A stretch of DNA of 64,000 nt from Lytechinus pictus (lineage: Eukaryota): assembly GCF_037042905.1 (NCBI RefSeq), contig NC_087251.1:27344001-27408000 (forward strand), read 5' to 3'. The position numbers and the translations under genes are program-made. The notes under the pieces are model-generated. The model was not told where the DNA came from and ran no database searches. It worked only from the letters and a program-made list of their open reading frames with translations. This document shows, in pieces, positions 25,367 through 40,110 of this stretch; the stretch's first letter is position 1, and each line of letters starts with the position of its first letter.

Positions 25367-28300
25367 TATTTTAACTTTCCTGCCAATCAAAGTGCCTCAT
25401 ATTAATTTTGCAATCTTCTCCACCTCAACGACATGTATCCAATGCTTGCATGAATGATACACAAACCTTTTCTCAATTTCTTATCTTTCACAGAGGCTTT
25501 TTTTACCTTTTGGAGCTTTCAAGCATAGCATGTTGCCTCCTAATCCATGTGGCTGCTTGAAGTTAACCTTTAAGCATGATTGCAACATGTATCGTTTACT
25601 CTATCCGTTCTCACCTTGTACATTCATTTATTTTTTTTACAAAAAACTCTGTCCAACGTTTTTGCTTGGAGAATTTCAAGTACATTCTTCATTTTTTTTT
25701 AGATTCTATTTTGTAGAAAAAGTTTGAATAGCACATTTATTTGGTAATACCCCTCTACTATATATAATTTTCATTGGTTGGAATAAGTTTGATTGTAATT
25801 ACACATGTGTCATCATCATACTGCTCTGAGAGTAAATAGAAAAAAAAGAAAGAATAGTAAGACTTTATTCTGTATGACATGAGATCCAAATGTCAGTTTT
25901 CTATCACACAAGATTAAATACCGAAAATTCCTAAAATAATAAATAAGGCCTTTGATAAATGTAAAAAAAAATTAAAAAAATGGAAGGTGTTTTCTACCCT
26001 AGGACCCAGAGTTGTTTGTTTCCGGGCTATCCTGAGCTTTGGACTCATCAATTTTTCTCAGCGATGAGTTTTCTTCAAGTATCTATAAAGCATTTAACAT
26101 CTCTGACGTGTCAAGTGTTTGCAGCATTTTGCATGACGTCGATCTCCTGTTGATATACACCTAAAAATACTGCAAGTTCACTCACTTTTGTGATGCTGAA
26201 TGGTGTGTTTGTGTCTCTTTTATAGCTGTTGAGAAATACCTTCCCTTTGGCTTAATTTGATAACGCTCTCCATATGATTAGGATGAGTACTCAAGTCAGC
26301 TGTGACAGACCTTAACAATCTTATTTGTTGTGGGCCCTTTTACGTCAAAACACTCTTCTAGACTTGATTATGTTTTGTCATAGATTCACAGATGTGATTT
26401 TAACTTTTTTTTCTGATTAATGATACATAGAGTTGACTCAGATGAATTACCAAGCAAATATTTATCATTCTTTTTAAAGTGGTTGTTTTCTAATCTGCTG
26501 AAAAACAGGCGTTGTTTAACTAAATTTGTTGGTAATAATATGTTGGTTTTTTCTACCCTTTTAATGGAGTTGAACTCTTCACATTTATAATTTAGAAAAG
26601 TAAACTTCATCTTTGCAGTTTGAAAAATTACCAAAGTGTTTCTGGTTGATATTAATATGATTTATTTTAAAGAAAAGAGAAGAGGAGTATTTGCTATTTC
26701 TGTATGAAAGTCTTGAATTTTTTCTTGGGGGGGGGGGGGGTTCGTTGTTTTGTTTCTCAACTGATAAGAAAGGTCGCAAAATATGAATATAATGTATGGT
26801 GTTGGGATACGAGATACACTGGAGATATTTTACAAAGAGAAAGAGATCAAGAGAGAGATATAGTGCAATAGTGTGGACATATTGATATAGAAGTTAGAGA
26901 GGCAGATTGATACATAATGAAATATTAAGCCAAAATAAAGAGAAATAGTTGGAAATAGCACAGAAGTTACATTGCAACAAAGATAGACAAATCAGGGGAA
27001 AGAAGAGACAGAAAAATAGACAGATGTGGGGAGGTGGAGAAAAATCTTCTTAACTGGAAGAATATTAGGCAGAGACACTGATGACAAAATATGGTACTTA
27101 AAAGCATATATCTCATATCATACATCCTGTTGATAACTGAAGCCCTAGAACCTATTCTCTTTTGAAAAGCTTCATGTGAGTATACAGTTGAAGCAGTTTG
27201 AATTTCCATTAGGTAAAGTGTGTGAAGAATATAACCTTTTTTAAAATGTTAACTTAATGAGTAACTAAATTCATTTAATTGTATATGAATATTAATTAGT
27301 GACACCCCTTATTGTTTATCAGGGCTAATTAATAGAATTGAAAATGGCAACAGTGTCATAATTAATTCATAATTCTGTTTTATTTTTAAAGATATGACAT
27401 AATTTAAGATGATGTTAAACACAGTTATAGATTTAAAAAAAATTATTAGAATAATTATTGGATTCAGACTTTTCTTGACCTACTTACACTCTGACTAGTG
27501 AGGATTTGAAATAAATCTAGATCTACTGTGCATAGTGACCAGACAAACATTTGATTGAGATTAAAACTTGTTGATTTAAATTTAAAGCTTAAATATTGTA
27601 ATTTGAAATCAACTATAAATGAAATCTTCATATATGAGAAGAAACTGTAGGAATTTCGTTCATATGAATCTTGAAAGCCTTTTGATGGCAAAGCAAACAT
27701 TATCAAAAATGCATTACTATTCACTACTAAAACAGGGATGCATGTTCCATTATGGTAAAATATTCACACAACGCACCCAACCTAATATTGACATTAGATT
27801 GACAAATCGGATCGCAGCAGAATTTAATAAAGTTTCAGACTTTCAAGTATTCTAGCTCTGCGGTGATTCATTCAGTGAAGCATTAGAAATGTTTCGTAAC
27901 ACATGGCGGTTTGCGGAATACCCCTTCCTTCCTATCCATTTTTGCATCTGCCCTTCTGGTTCATTTGTGTTTGGCCATATAGGGGGACTTCTGATGTGTT
28001 TGTAATGCAAGCGCTGGCATCTTTATTTGAGCTATCACTTGAGGAGTAACTAAAGACAGAGACAGAGGAGTTCAAAATAGGGACATCCCTCTTAATGTGG
28101 AAGTAAAAGAGCCAGTGGCTTGGAGAAAGAAATGAATCGAGGATAAAGATCTCACATTACAAGTAGCTGGATGCAGACTTGCTCCATTTTCTGGCTTCTG
28201 AAATGGGGTAGGATTGAGCAAAATTGAGCAAGAGAGGAAGGAAGGATGAGGGAGTGAGAGAGAGAAGGAGAGACGGAAAGAGAATGAGCTGGTAACGCAT

Positions 28301-28982
28301 CCCCCCTGGCCGTGTTCTTTTGGAGATAAACACGCTAGTTACGGAGTGCACCACCTCACTGTGTTGACGTGATTATTCTGAGACGCAGCTTGCAACCAAG
28401 CTCATCTGGCTGCACGCAGCTCTCCAAAGATTTTTTCCCTTGTTTGCAAATGGAGAAAATTCCAAGTTTGCATTTTAATGTGAAGCCATATAAGTGGGAT
28501 TTGATAGAGAAAAAGCTGTTGTTATGTCGACTGGAAGGGCTTAGGCGGTGGACGTGGATGCGCTGCAGCAGCGCATGTGTGGGTTAAAGAAGACAAGTGG
28601 GCTCCAGCCTGCAATTTTTCTTTGGATGTATCCTAAGAAGGTTTTCTTCTCTGGCCTTAATTATTTGTTACAAAGGTCGCTCTCGGAAAAACAGTGGAAC
28701 GCCGGCAAAAGGAGGACAATTGTTAGTGAGCGGCTATCGGATATCACCAAACTCTGGTGGACGGATGGAGAGAAGTTAACTCTCTTTGTTTGCATGTAGT
28801 TCAACTTGTAAATGAGCTGTCAGTGCCTTCTTACTCCAGTGCTAAGACAATTTTCTAGCTGCATCTTGGTTATGGGGATGCGGGCCATCTTACTCTTCCC
28901 TAGATGACACTGTTGCTATAGTGATTGAGATGCTTATGCTGTTGCTCTGCTAAGGCATCATCTTCTTCATTGCTCGGGAGGA

Positions 28983-29111
28983 ATGGCAACTGATTTGGCA
29001 TTCGACCTCACTTTTTACGAGAGGCGTCGGGAACACAGGTCACCTTCTTTGCCAGTGATACGCAGTGACCTGACAGTAGAAGCATGCCTTATGCGAAAGT
29101 ACTCACGGGGT
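28983..29111 (+). CDS. Candidate alternative first coding exon, MATDLAFDLTFYERRREHRSPSLPVIRSDLTVEACLMRKYSRG
   Basis: Good Kozak context (ggaATGG), 43 codons, phase-0 donor GGT|gtaagt, at the 3' end of a ~1 kb GC/CpG-elevated non-repeat island. Confidence 0.45.
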
Positions 29112-32100
29112 GTAAGTACCACTAGACGCTTCTCTTTATGATCCAATTCGTGAAGGATTGAAGCAAACAACTTCCTAGTCCATTAACCACTCTTCGCATG
29201 CAGCTGTCTCTCAGGCTGTCTCTTTAGAGCTAGAAGGCTTTTTAAACTATGTTTTAAAAGTATTTAAATTTGTTAATGCCATCTTGTTCCAAAATAGGTG
29301 TTATCTTGAATTAAGTTTGAGATCCAATCAAAGATTTAAGAATACAAAGTTTTCCCTCATTGTATGCTGTAATGACATTATATCTTATAGAGAAAATAAT
29401 TATTAACAGAGGTAGTTTTTTTAGTTCTTTATATGTTTTCATTGAATATTAATTTTTGTTCTTTTACCTTAGGATAGGATAACAAGTATGTTTATGCTCA
29501 TTATGTTGATTAATCTCTTGCTTTCCTGAACCAAGTGGTCCCTATACAGAGGCTATTCAGCTTACGAAATTCAAGAGTCGACAGATAATATAACATTAAG
29601 CAAAATTTTGAATTAAAAAAAAATCCTTATAAAATGGGGGGGGGGGGAGATTTTCCAGCAAATTGCCCAGGAAATTCCAACTTATCACTATCAAGACAAT
29701 GGGATATTTAAATTGGGTTTACTTGAATTTGAAAAAAAAATATTGGAACTGTTAATTTTGCATTACACATTTTTTTGATAACCATACTGCATGTTATTAT
29801 TTCAATAACATAGCATATATGTATATATTCAAGCACATATTCATATGTAATTTGATATTTATGAGACTCCATTGTATTTTACTCCATCTACATGGAATAC
29901 CCTTCCAGGGCACGCTTCTCCACACCTTGTATTCTGACGTTAGTTCCCTGCGAGTGCAACAAGAAGTGTAGCCCCTGACATGTCCCCAAAGGCCCAGCTG
30001 TTTCCTTTCAATGTGTGCAGCACACGCTTGCATTGCAGATCTAATTACAGCTCTGATAACTGTCAGTTCATCAATTAACTACTACAGAGCAGCTCCTCTG
30101 AGGCTACTGCGGCTTGCCCGTTGTGTAGGCCTTTATCGAGGAGTGGAAACTCTTCTTGCTAAAGTGCTAATTTTGCAATCGGCATTGTATCCAACCAAAT
30201 ATTTTTTTTTCTCAGAATGCTTTTTAATATTTTTGTATGTTCTGTAGATGGTAATGCTTCATTCTGTAGAGAGAATTGATGCCTTTCTCGAAGTACAGAA
30301 ATTAGAATGTTACAGGTGAAAAATTCTTTAATTTTGGCTTTTAATGTGAATTAATCATGTCTCTCTTTTAATTGGCCAAACAATATCAACAAGATTTAAT
30401 TATTTGAAGAGGCTGTTACCTCTCTTGTGCTGCTTTGGTTTGATAAAGTTAATAAGTGAATGTCTGGGTCTTTTATTGAAGTTATTCGATTTGACGACAT
30501 GGTATTCATATTCGATGAAAGGATTTTAATGAAACACCATGAGTAATGCACTCGTGAAAAATGATGGTTTATTGAATCGTGTATTTACACACAGAGACAG
30601 AGATTTACGCAGTGGAGGGTGATTTGAGATGGAAAAGAAAAGGATATGTAGACAGAGAGAGAGGGGGGAGGGTAGAGAGAGAGGGAGCGAGAGAAAGAGA
30701 GAGATAGAACATGAGAAGTCAAGGTTTTGAGGCGATATGTTAGAGGTAAAAGACGAGAAGCGGGGATATGTTCCAAGGGATGAGAGAGAGAGAGAAAGAG
30801 GGAACAATGCAGGAGAAAACAAGATGTAAAGGAAGAATAGGCATAAAAGAGTGGCATTCTGACTCAAGCACAACACAGCCAAGCTCGTTAGAAACGATAT
30901 CAAGGCCCTTCTACTCTGCTGCCTATCCCCACAGGTGGTTTCTTTTACTGGGAAGGCAACCTGCCCGATCTTCTCCAAGGCACAAAGATCCCATTATGAT
31001 CCTGCTCGTCCATATCTAATACTATTAATGGAGCAGCAGTCACGTACATAGTCGTATCATTCCAAAGATAGAAAATCTGTGCAGTCAGACATGTAGAGCA
31101 GATCCTTCTACTTGAAGTTAGATTGAAGCATTCATTGATTAGGGGCCCAATTTGCATTTCCTTACGGTTTCTCACTGTCTTCAAAAGTTATAGTTTTATT
31201 TTTCTAAATGGGTGGGTAATAAGATAGGTTTGACCATAACATTTGGCTCGAGTCAGAGGTCTATCGGTGCATATCATGTTCATGGTACCAGCCACCTCCC
31301 TTCTTCCTTGAAAAAATTGTGATGAATTGCATGATATCTTGAAATCTTTTGAAATTGGCCTCAAATAACTTGTCTTAATTTCTGTAAGCACAAGAGCAAA
31401 GCAATGAGTTATGTTTTAGTGCTTGCACTTAACCCAAATTGAGTTTTGATTGTGATGACCCCCTATTTTAACGGCATATGGGTAGAGTACTCTATGTTAC
31501 TAGATGGTTAATGAGAGTGCAATTTGTAATGCAATATGAAGTTATTTTTATTTATACATTAAATCTTCTTGAAATGTAAAAGTAATATTTATAGCTCAAA
31601 TTCAAACAAACTACATTGACATCAGATGTGTGAAACACAGATCAAAGTTGGGTATGTTGATTGATGTAATTTAATACAAATTCAATGACCTTCTCACTCA
31701 AAGATTAAGATATTCAGAAACCCTTTTTCTCCCCTTTTCATGTTGTTCATTGCATTTCTTAAACTTAACATTTTGAAATCTAAGGTAGATGTCAACATAT
31801 AATTTTGTCCTTGAAATCATAGTTTGTGATAAATTATACATGGAAAATAACAAAACAACATTGTTCCTCTTTGCCATGCTTATTAAATTGCATTTTATTT
31901 TTATCAATAAGAAAAAAGATGATATATCAATATCATCTTTATATGATCGGAACTATATATTCTGATATATTGAAAACATCTTCTCCCCATTTTTCATGTT
32001 TTTTATATTGCGTTATGTTGATTCTTAAAGTGTATATATGAACATTGCTCCAAATAACAGGGTATCATCAAACCAATATAACACATATTGTGAACAACTT

Positions 32101-35100
32101 ATAACTCTTGGTAATGTTTTTGTTATTGCTTTATTTTCTTATAAATTTGGTATCTAAGGTAGATGTCAATATACTGTGTAAATGATTTTCAGTTTCATTT
32201 CATTTCTTGATTTATTAAAACTTTCAGAAAATGATACACACAAAGTAAAATGACAATTTAGAGCTAGATTAGACAGCAAGTAAAGCATGATACATTCATA
32301 AAAAGGATGTATGATCAATATTATAGACACTATATACTGAATAATTCCATCAATATCAAACAATAAAATTACAATAAATACCCATCTGATACCAGAACAT
32401 TGAAAAATGTATAAAGGACCATCTTTTTTTTGTGACAATTGCAAAGGAAGATTTGTCACACGCTGCCTATTCTAGGCAGCTAACAAATATGCTTTTCACA
32501 ATCTGCTGGTTTTACCAAGGTTTTTATAAACAAACTTGCTATTAATATACAGAGTCCTAAGGATCATATATCTTCAAAGTGTTACAGAGTTTTAGTTAAA
32601 GAGTTGAATATATTCCTAAGTTATGCAAACATGTTTGCTAAAAATCATTGTTAGCGACATGTAGATAACATAAAGCTTATTTTCCGAAGGTCTTTCTTCA
32701 TGTGATAGTGATACTATTTGCGATCATTACTACAAGTAAATGAATATTAAATATTGCATCAGCCACCACCCCCCTCCCAAAATAAGATAATAGAAAATGA
32801 ATCAAGCAGCCAATCAGTCAATAATAGATTAGAAAACAAGAAAGAGAGAGATAGGTAGACAAATCAAGAGTAGAAAATGAATAAGATGATAGCTTGTACC
32901 CAATGTTTGGCTTTGTTAATTTGGTCTTGTGATCAGTCCTCCATATGTCATCCAGAGTATTTAACTCCTCAGCCCTGAAAAACGATGTGATCTCCTGATG
33001 TAATCATTTTCAGGGGATAGTGTTACATCGATGAAAGGAGATCTGAAAAAGCTTCCAATGATCGCTCAATCAGGGTTGGGTTCATAATCCCGCTAAACGC
33101 TGTGGTGGAGTCAAGCGCATGAATGTATAGTTTCCCTCTGTACTTTCAAGGCAGGGGCGTACCACTCTTGACATTACCGTCTCCAGTGGAGCGTATCGAA
33201 AAAGTAATTCTCAGTGTACTTTATCATCATGCCCATTGCTGTGATCAAAGTACTCACTGTTAAGGGAAATTGGAAAAGGATTAAATGAGGGACTGTGTAC
33301 AAATATAGATGTCTGTGGAAGAATTCCTCGCTTGCATTAAATATTAGGACTGCAGTGATGCTGACAGACATTTAAATCAAATATTGTACATGTATTTTAA
33401 TGCATGATTGCAGAGATGCCATATGAAATGAGGATATTAAACCTGTTTATTGCAAAGTTTCCTCATTTGATTAGAAAAAAAAATGTTAGGCCGCTGTCCT
33501 TGATATTTGTTATTCATTTTATTTGAATTTTAGAAATAACACATTTCACAAGAAAGTGCATTTTTACAGTAAGAAAATGAATGAAATTCTACATAGTCCA
33601 GCTTGAGCTGGTGTGAATTATCATGAGGCTTGACATACTTGAGTCATTCTTTAAGTGTTGAACCAACAGCATAGTCAATAGGCAACAGGGCTAATGTTTA
33701 CCTCTTGACAGATTAGCACAAGCACTGATATTGTAATTCCTGTCAAAGCGCTTGCCTCACAACCCTGGTACCTCAAGAGCAGGAAAATGATGGGGGTATG
33801 GCCAACTAATCCTTGTTCCCCTGTGCTACGCCTCCAGGGGTAGTGTTTGACTTCTTGATGCCGATGTTTCCAAAGATGTTTGCACAAACCGCTCCCCAGG
33901 ACTCTTGGAGCATCCACAGCCAGACCCAAAGAGTACTTAAAAGAAAGACAAGAGGCAATACCCAAGAGATGAAAGAAAAAGAAGTCTTGTCTGAGAGAAG
34001 TGCAGTGCCATATAAACCTTCCTGCTCAGCACACAGGCACGAACTTCGATTATCTCGATTACTGGTCTATCAAGGCAAAGTAGCCTCAAGCAGACCAGAA
34101 TATGGCTGTCTTTAGGAAACCTAGATTGCAACATTGGTCAGACTGACAATGATTGATAAGTCATTTTCTTGTAGTGTTTGCCCAATTAATCTGTTAACCA
34201 GTACCTCAACTTTTAGAATCAGTTATTGGATTGAGCAGTTTTGAGCGAAATCTGGTCATTGTTGGGAAGACTGCATGTACATTCGTAGCAAATACCTTGC
34301 AGTTCTTTATCTAGGGTTCGCAGTATCGAGGGTAACGGTGTAGGTTGCTTATTTGTACATGTGTATGTCGGGAGATTTCAACAGGTCCCTGGGGAAGAGA
34401 CATGTATGGGTAATCGACATATTATTACAAGATAGAGCTGATAATATAAAGAGCCCTGGTTGCCATGGTTATCCGGAAGAAATTTTACCTGGCTGGCAGG
34501 GCAAGTTCATGCCTGGACTGAGTCGTGGATGAATTGGTTATTGAAGGCTAGACACTGAAAGGCATATTCAATGCAATTTATTTTTTTTGCCAAGTGTAAA
34601 TGTATAAGAACTGATAGTTCAGATCATTATTGGCAGTTATTTGACCAATTTGGCGTGAAAATCAACCCTGATTTGTCACTTTATTGCAACTGACTTCTTT
34701 TTAGTTGAAGACTATAGCTAACTTGTGTAATTAGCATGTTATTGTGACAGCGGCAGTAATAGACAATTAAAATATGTGGCTAATGATATAATTTTGCATG
34801 CTTGTTTTTCCTTTTGACATGGGCAAGGATTAACACTAGATCAAAGGTCTATGTAGGCAAGGGCAGAATTTTTCATCTGAGCTGTTATCATTAATAATTT
34901 TATTCCAGTTATTAAACACATAGTGTTGTATGAACACACAGCTGAAAGAAAGTTACTAAGTTAAAAAATAATTTTCAATAATTCATTGCATAATATAGAC
35001 TTCTGAATTGCATAGATTGTATATGGATTGCAACATATTTTGATCTTTAGTCCTGTGCTTTATTTGTTTTGTTGATTTCTAATGTTTGGGGAGATTAAGA

Positions 35101-36492
35101 GCTTCAAAGACAATTGCCTTTGAAGCAAAGTAACAAAAGATAGCAACAATTGTAAAATGCAAGGGACTTTATAATGATGCACATTCGTTACGATGACATC
35201 ATGATGTAGCCGAACAAACAGATTACACTGTTTTTATTAAGTGACAGATGCCAGCAGTGAAAGTAAAACACCTGGAATCTTCTTTAATGCTTGGAGACTT
35301 TGTCAATTTCATGGCGTTTAGGAGCCACAGAATTGTGTTTTTTTTTGGGGGGGGGGGGAGGCTGACCATATGATAAGTTGAGGTAATTTTATCATTTTTA
35401 CATTTTTCTACATGTTCATTGGAAAAGGTAAGGAAGTTGAAGCCACTCACCCCTGCACCTCCAATTGTGATGCCCCTGCTATATATTTTGTTTTTAAATG
35501 CAAAAAAAAAATCTTGAATATAGTGGAAAAGCTTAAGTTTTACATTCCATGAACCTCCCTAGATGACCTTTATACAGGAACATTCAGATAATCAAGGGTT
35601 TCAAAGAATAGTTCCACCAAGATTGTTAACAACCCTTCAGTATTCTACATATGAATCACCTGCTACATGTATGCCAACAAACTTTTCACAGTATTTCCCC
35701 TGTTGCTTGGGCAGACCTCTGCATGGCCCGTGAATGTGCCTGCAGCGACTTTTGCCCCACGGATATGGATGAAATTGAATCATCTCACTTGGGCCAGTTT
35801 GACCAAAAAACCTAACAATCTTTTTGTTAGCATTGATGGATGATCACCGAGACTTCCTCCAGGAATACATCAAAGTCGATCCATCATTGCAGTAAAATGA
35901 GATACTATACATATTTCCTTAGTATCATGTATCATGAGGAGAAATGCTTTTGCAGTTCAATATTTATTTTTCTCTGCCCTAATTCCCACCTTGCCATCTA
36001 TTTTTTTCCTTGTCCTGTCAATTAATCTGTCTATGATTTTTTTATTTCTAAACCCTGTTTACATTGTTAGATATCAAAATAACTTTAGCAATTAAGATGT
36101 TTATTTTTAGGAAATTAATATTATTCATATAGAATTAAATGAAGTGATGAGACTGAAAGAGAGATTCAGCCCTTGAATCGTTATTTGTAAATGCAGCCTT
36201 GTTGATAATAGACCAAATTCTCCCTGAATGGAGGATTTTGTGTTTGAATTTTCTTCAGTTGCACCTCCAAGGCTTAAAGTCTTTAAAAGTCATTTCAAAG
36301 CATTCCAGACATACAATGGAAGAATTCACACATAGACTGTCCCTTCAACGCTTTCCATTATTTCAGTATATCCAGTGTGCCTGTAAGCCAGTATCGATTG
36401 ACAGAGACTGACAATGATCCTGAGTCGTACGGTTGCTGAGCCACTCAGTTTCCCCATAGCCGTCACCTCGGCAGATCAATGAACCCGCCTCC

Positions 36493-36597
36493 ATGCCAGC
36501 CCATCCCAGGGTTCCTGCCGGCTCTTCCCACGTTGCCTCAGTCTCTCTGAGGCGACATTTAGGGAGAAGGCAGTGCCTGGAAGAGATCCATTGTATG
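36493..36597 (+). CDS. Candidate alternative N-terminal or cassette exon, MPAHPRVPAGSSHVASVSLRRHLGRRQCLEEIHCM
   Basis: 35 codons in a GC-rich island, phase-0 donor ATG|gttagt. In-frame acceptor tttccccatag at 36459. LEEI resembles the exon-2 ELEE(I/M)Q motif. Confidence 0.4.
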
Positions 36598-39054
36598 GTT
36601 AGTTTGCATACATCCAGGAAATTGATACAAGTTCATTACCAAGGAGGGGTCTGTCCATGAACTGGATAAAAGAATCCGAGAGCACAACAGTGGCAGTAAA
36701 AGTAATGAAAATGCTGATGAAAATAGATGTATTTCTATTAGGTATCAATACTATCATTCCATCTTTAAGGATGTTCTGGCTCCAGCATGTGCATGTTTAT
36801 GTGTTAGCCCTGTTGACACCTAGGCAATGTAAACTTTCAATACAGGATAGAGCTACTGGCTATTTATTGTCTATCCTGTGTGGAGAATGGCAATCTGTAT
36901 TCCTTTCATGCCAAGATATGACAAGATTAATGCTAGAACCACATATCATATAAAAAAGACTATACTTCTTTGATAAGAACCAACCACTCTTAAAAAAGAA
37001 GAAGAAGCAGTATAGTGTAGCTGTGAATTGCCTATTAGACTTGCTCGGGGAATTAGGCACATTTGGGAAGAGATTTTCTGTAAACTGGAATATCCATGAT
37101 GAGACAGTGCAAGAATTATTTAATATGATAAAGAGAGACAGAGTGGGAAATGTAAGTTAGTGAAAGAGGCAAAAAATGAAAATGAAGAAGAAAAAATAAG
37201 TCGAGAAATAAAAGATAGAAAATAGAAAAAATAAAAAGAAGAACAAATAACACAAAGACAATTAAGAAAAGAAGAGGAAAAATAAATAAATGAAAAAAGA
37301 GGGGGAAAGGGAAAGAGAAAGATTTGAAAATAGTGGCAGGTATTGTTATACAGATAGATTCAATGAAATCCCCCAATTCTCTCTTTCTATGTAAGTTTAC
37401 TTCTATTCACAGATTGATTCAATTGCTACTAGCTATGTAAAAATTCAAGCTAACATTTGGACATTTGGTTCTTTGCCATCCTTGTCCAAAACAAATGTAT
37501 TACACCTTGGTGGTCAGCATTAAGTTGTCACCCAACTTCAGATTGTGTCTTCTAGGCCATGTGGTGTTTATTCATGAGCGTTTGGTTTTCTCATCTGCAT
37601 TTTGTTTCGTTCTGTCTATCCCTTATAAAATCTGATGGCTATCGGTCAACAGATTTGGTGAAGCTTTACAACTCGATAGACACCTAATATAATGAGGAAA
37701 TAAGAAAGGAAGAATGCTTGTTAGAATCACATATGTATAAATTAAAAAAACAAGTTATTCATGAGTTCCTTCTATTTGTTTACTCTTCAGTCCATATCAG
37801 ATATCAGGTGCTTTAGATGGCTTATCAATATTTTTACCTGATTCTATACCATTTGATATAAAGTACACACGTTTTTGGTAAGAAATTGAATGATGATCTG
37901 AGTGATAATCGTTTCAAACAAAGTGCATTTTAGCAAGTGTCTGACGCTTTTTGGACTGACAAATGATTTGGCATTTTTGTCCAGTTTTGAATGAAAGATA
38001 GAGGAATGGGTGAAAGAGTAAAACAAAAATCAAAATATGGGAGACAGGTAGAGAGAGAGGGAGACATTGATTGATTGTGTGCATAGGCAATAAAGAAAGT
38101 GAGAGAGGGAGAGAGAGCACACTGTATTCCCTATCCTTGAATACATTCGTTTTCCAAATATGTAACCAAAGGGAGACAACATTGTCACGTTAGTCCTACC
38201 CTTCCCTTTTCCCTGCTGATGTAATTTGATACCGCGACAATATATTTGATTTGTATGCGCAAGGCCCGGCAGTAATCAAGCACCTTCGGAATACTTGCCA
38301 TATATTTTTATGCAAAAGCGGAGGATTGGGGTGAAAAGTACAGAAGATACGTTGAGGAGATTTATGACCGATGGTAAACCCCATGCTGCAGCGGAAAAGG
38401 TGAATGGAAAACCAGGCTGTATGAATATATTCACTTCCTCTTCCTATCTACATCATGTATAATCAAATAGCACTGTGCTTAAATCGATAAGGTGCATTAG
38501 AGCATTATGCTTAGTTTTTTCTTTTTTTGCACATGGCATCATCTGAAAAACATGTACCTGTGTCACTTTATTTCTGATTTGCCAAGAGTATACTGCATTT
38601 TCATAATATCCTATGTCAAGATTTACATCCATCTTATACAGATCAAGACGGAGAATTTGGACATTTATAGAAAAATATTGGCTCGGTAATTGATTCATTT
38701 GTTACAGTATGTCATTTTCGTGGGATATCCAAACACAGAATTTTCATAATAAAATTCTTCTTTATCATAAAAAATATCAAATCGATACATTTGGAATTTC
38801 AAACAGTAACATAGTAAAGGAATTAAGTAAGTATATGACATCATCAACTTACTGAATTAAGTACAAACCATTATATCACTGTTTTGTGAAACTAACTATA
38901 AAATGTACATTTGGATGAAGATCTGTGTTACACTTGTTTGGTATTTATCTTTGTATCTAAATGAGCTTGTAGTCCAGATAGACTTCACCTTCAATAGTTC
39001 ACTTCTGAATGTAGCTTCTGAGATAAGTCAGCTTTTGGGATATAGGAACACTGT

Positions 39055-39335
39055 GGCCCGGGTTTAAAGTTGTGGTTTAAGTATGGATAGCCAATTGTTA
39101 CATAAATCACTAACAGTAGAGATATCATATTACAGCTCATTTGGCTCTCAAATCATTCATAATTGTATAGGAAGTATAAATAGATGATTGTCTTCACCAT
39201 CGATGAATCAGGAAAGAGCAAAGTAAACATAAGAAACATAAAACTTAATAAAATTTTTGACACTTTTGGCTTCCCATAATTTTAGCACAGAGTTAGACCA
39301 TGGTCTAAGTTAAACCTGACTTCAGAATACAGGCC
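39055..39335. mobile_element. Probable MITE with partly deleted left end
   Basis: Left ggcccg-ggtttaa versus right ttaaacctgacttcagaatacaggcc; internal palindrome ttagaccatggtctaa. Confidence 0.45.
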
Positions 39336-40110
39336 TATGTGTGTGTAATTACAGTAGAATTATGCCTTAGCTGTTAAGCTGTGTTTCTACATCTGACTGT
39401 GAGCTTCATTACCTATGGCAAAAAAGAACACTTATCTTGTTACACTGCTGTAAAAGGGAGCAAGGTTTGCTTTTTAATGCTAGGAAAACGGATGAGAGGG
39501 CATGGGGGTGGGGTGTTAGATGCGATAAGGTTCTTGTTAGATGAGTTTCCCCACTTGACATGTCCAAGATGTAGTGTATTGGAGTGCAATTTGTACCTGG
39601 ATGATCTTATCAGCTTAAGAAGAGAGTAAAGTAGAGATACCTGGGAGACCTTGCTTATTAAATGGGATATTTTTATCATATTGGATGGCTCAGAATGGAA
39701 TACCAGAAATGTTCCAAGAGTTTGGGCAAATATTCCATGAATCTCGGAATATTGGCTCTATATGGATGATAAAAAGGGATATCGCATAAGTATGCAACCC
39801 TTTTACCCCATTAACGTTTATACTACATGTTCATGTAGATACTATTGTTTTAAAATGCTCATTATTTTATATACATTTTCTACTGATGCCATTCTTCATG
39901 TGATTGCCATTGCAAATTTCTGAATGTTCTTAGCTTCATCAACAAGTGTTGTAAATCATTTTTCCTACAGGAATTGCAAGACACATATTGCTTAATGCTT
40001 TGACTAGTCCACTGTAAATAATGCATTACAAATGAAGTGGATGAATATTTCAATGGAGAACATAAAATTAATCGTTTTCTTTTCTATTTCCTTTCTTTTC
40101 TTTTATTCAG

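Noticed and set aside
33813..34115. 100-codon ORF in a GC-elevated island
   Set aside because: No recognisable domain and no convincing GT donor in frame.
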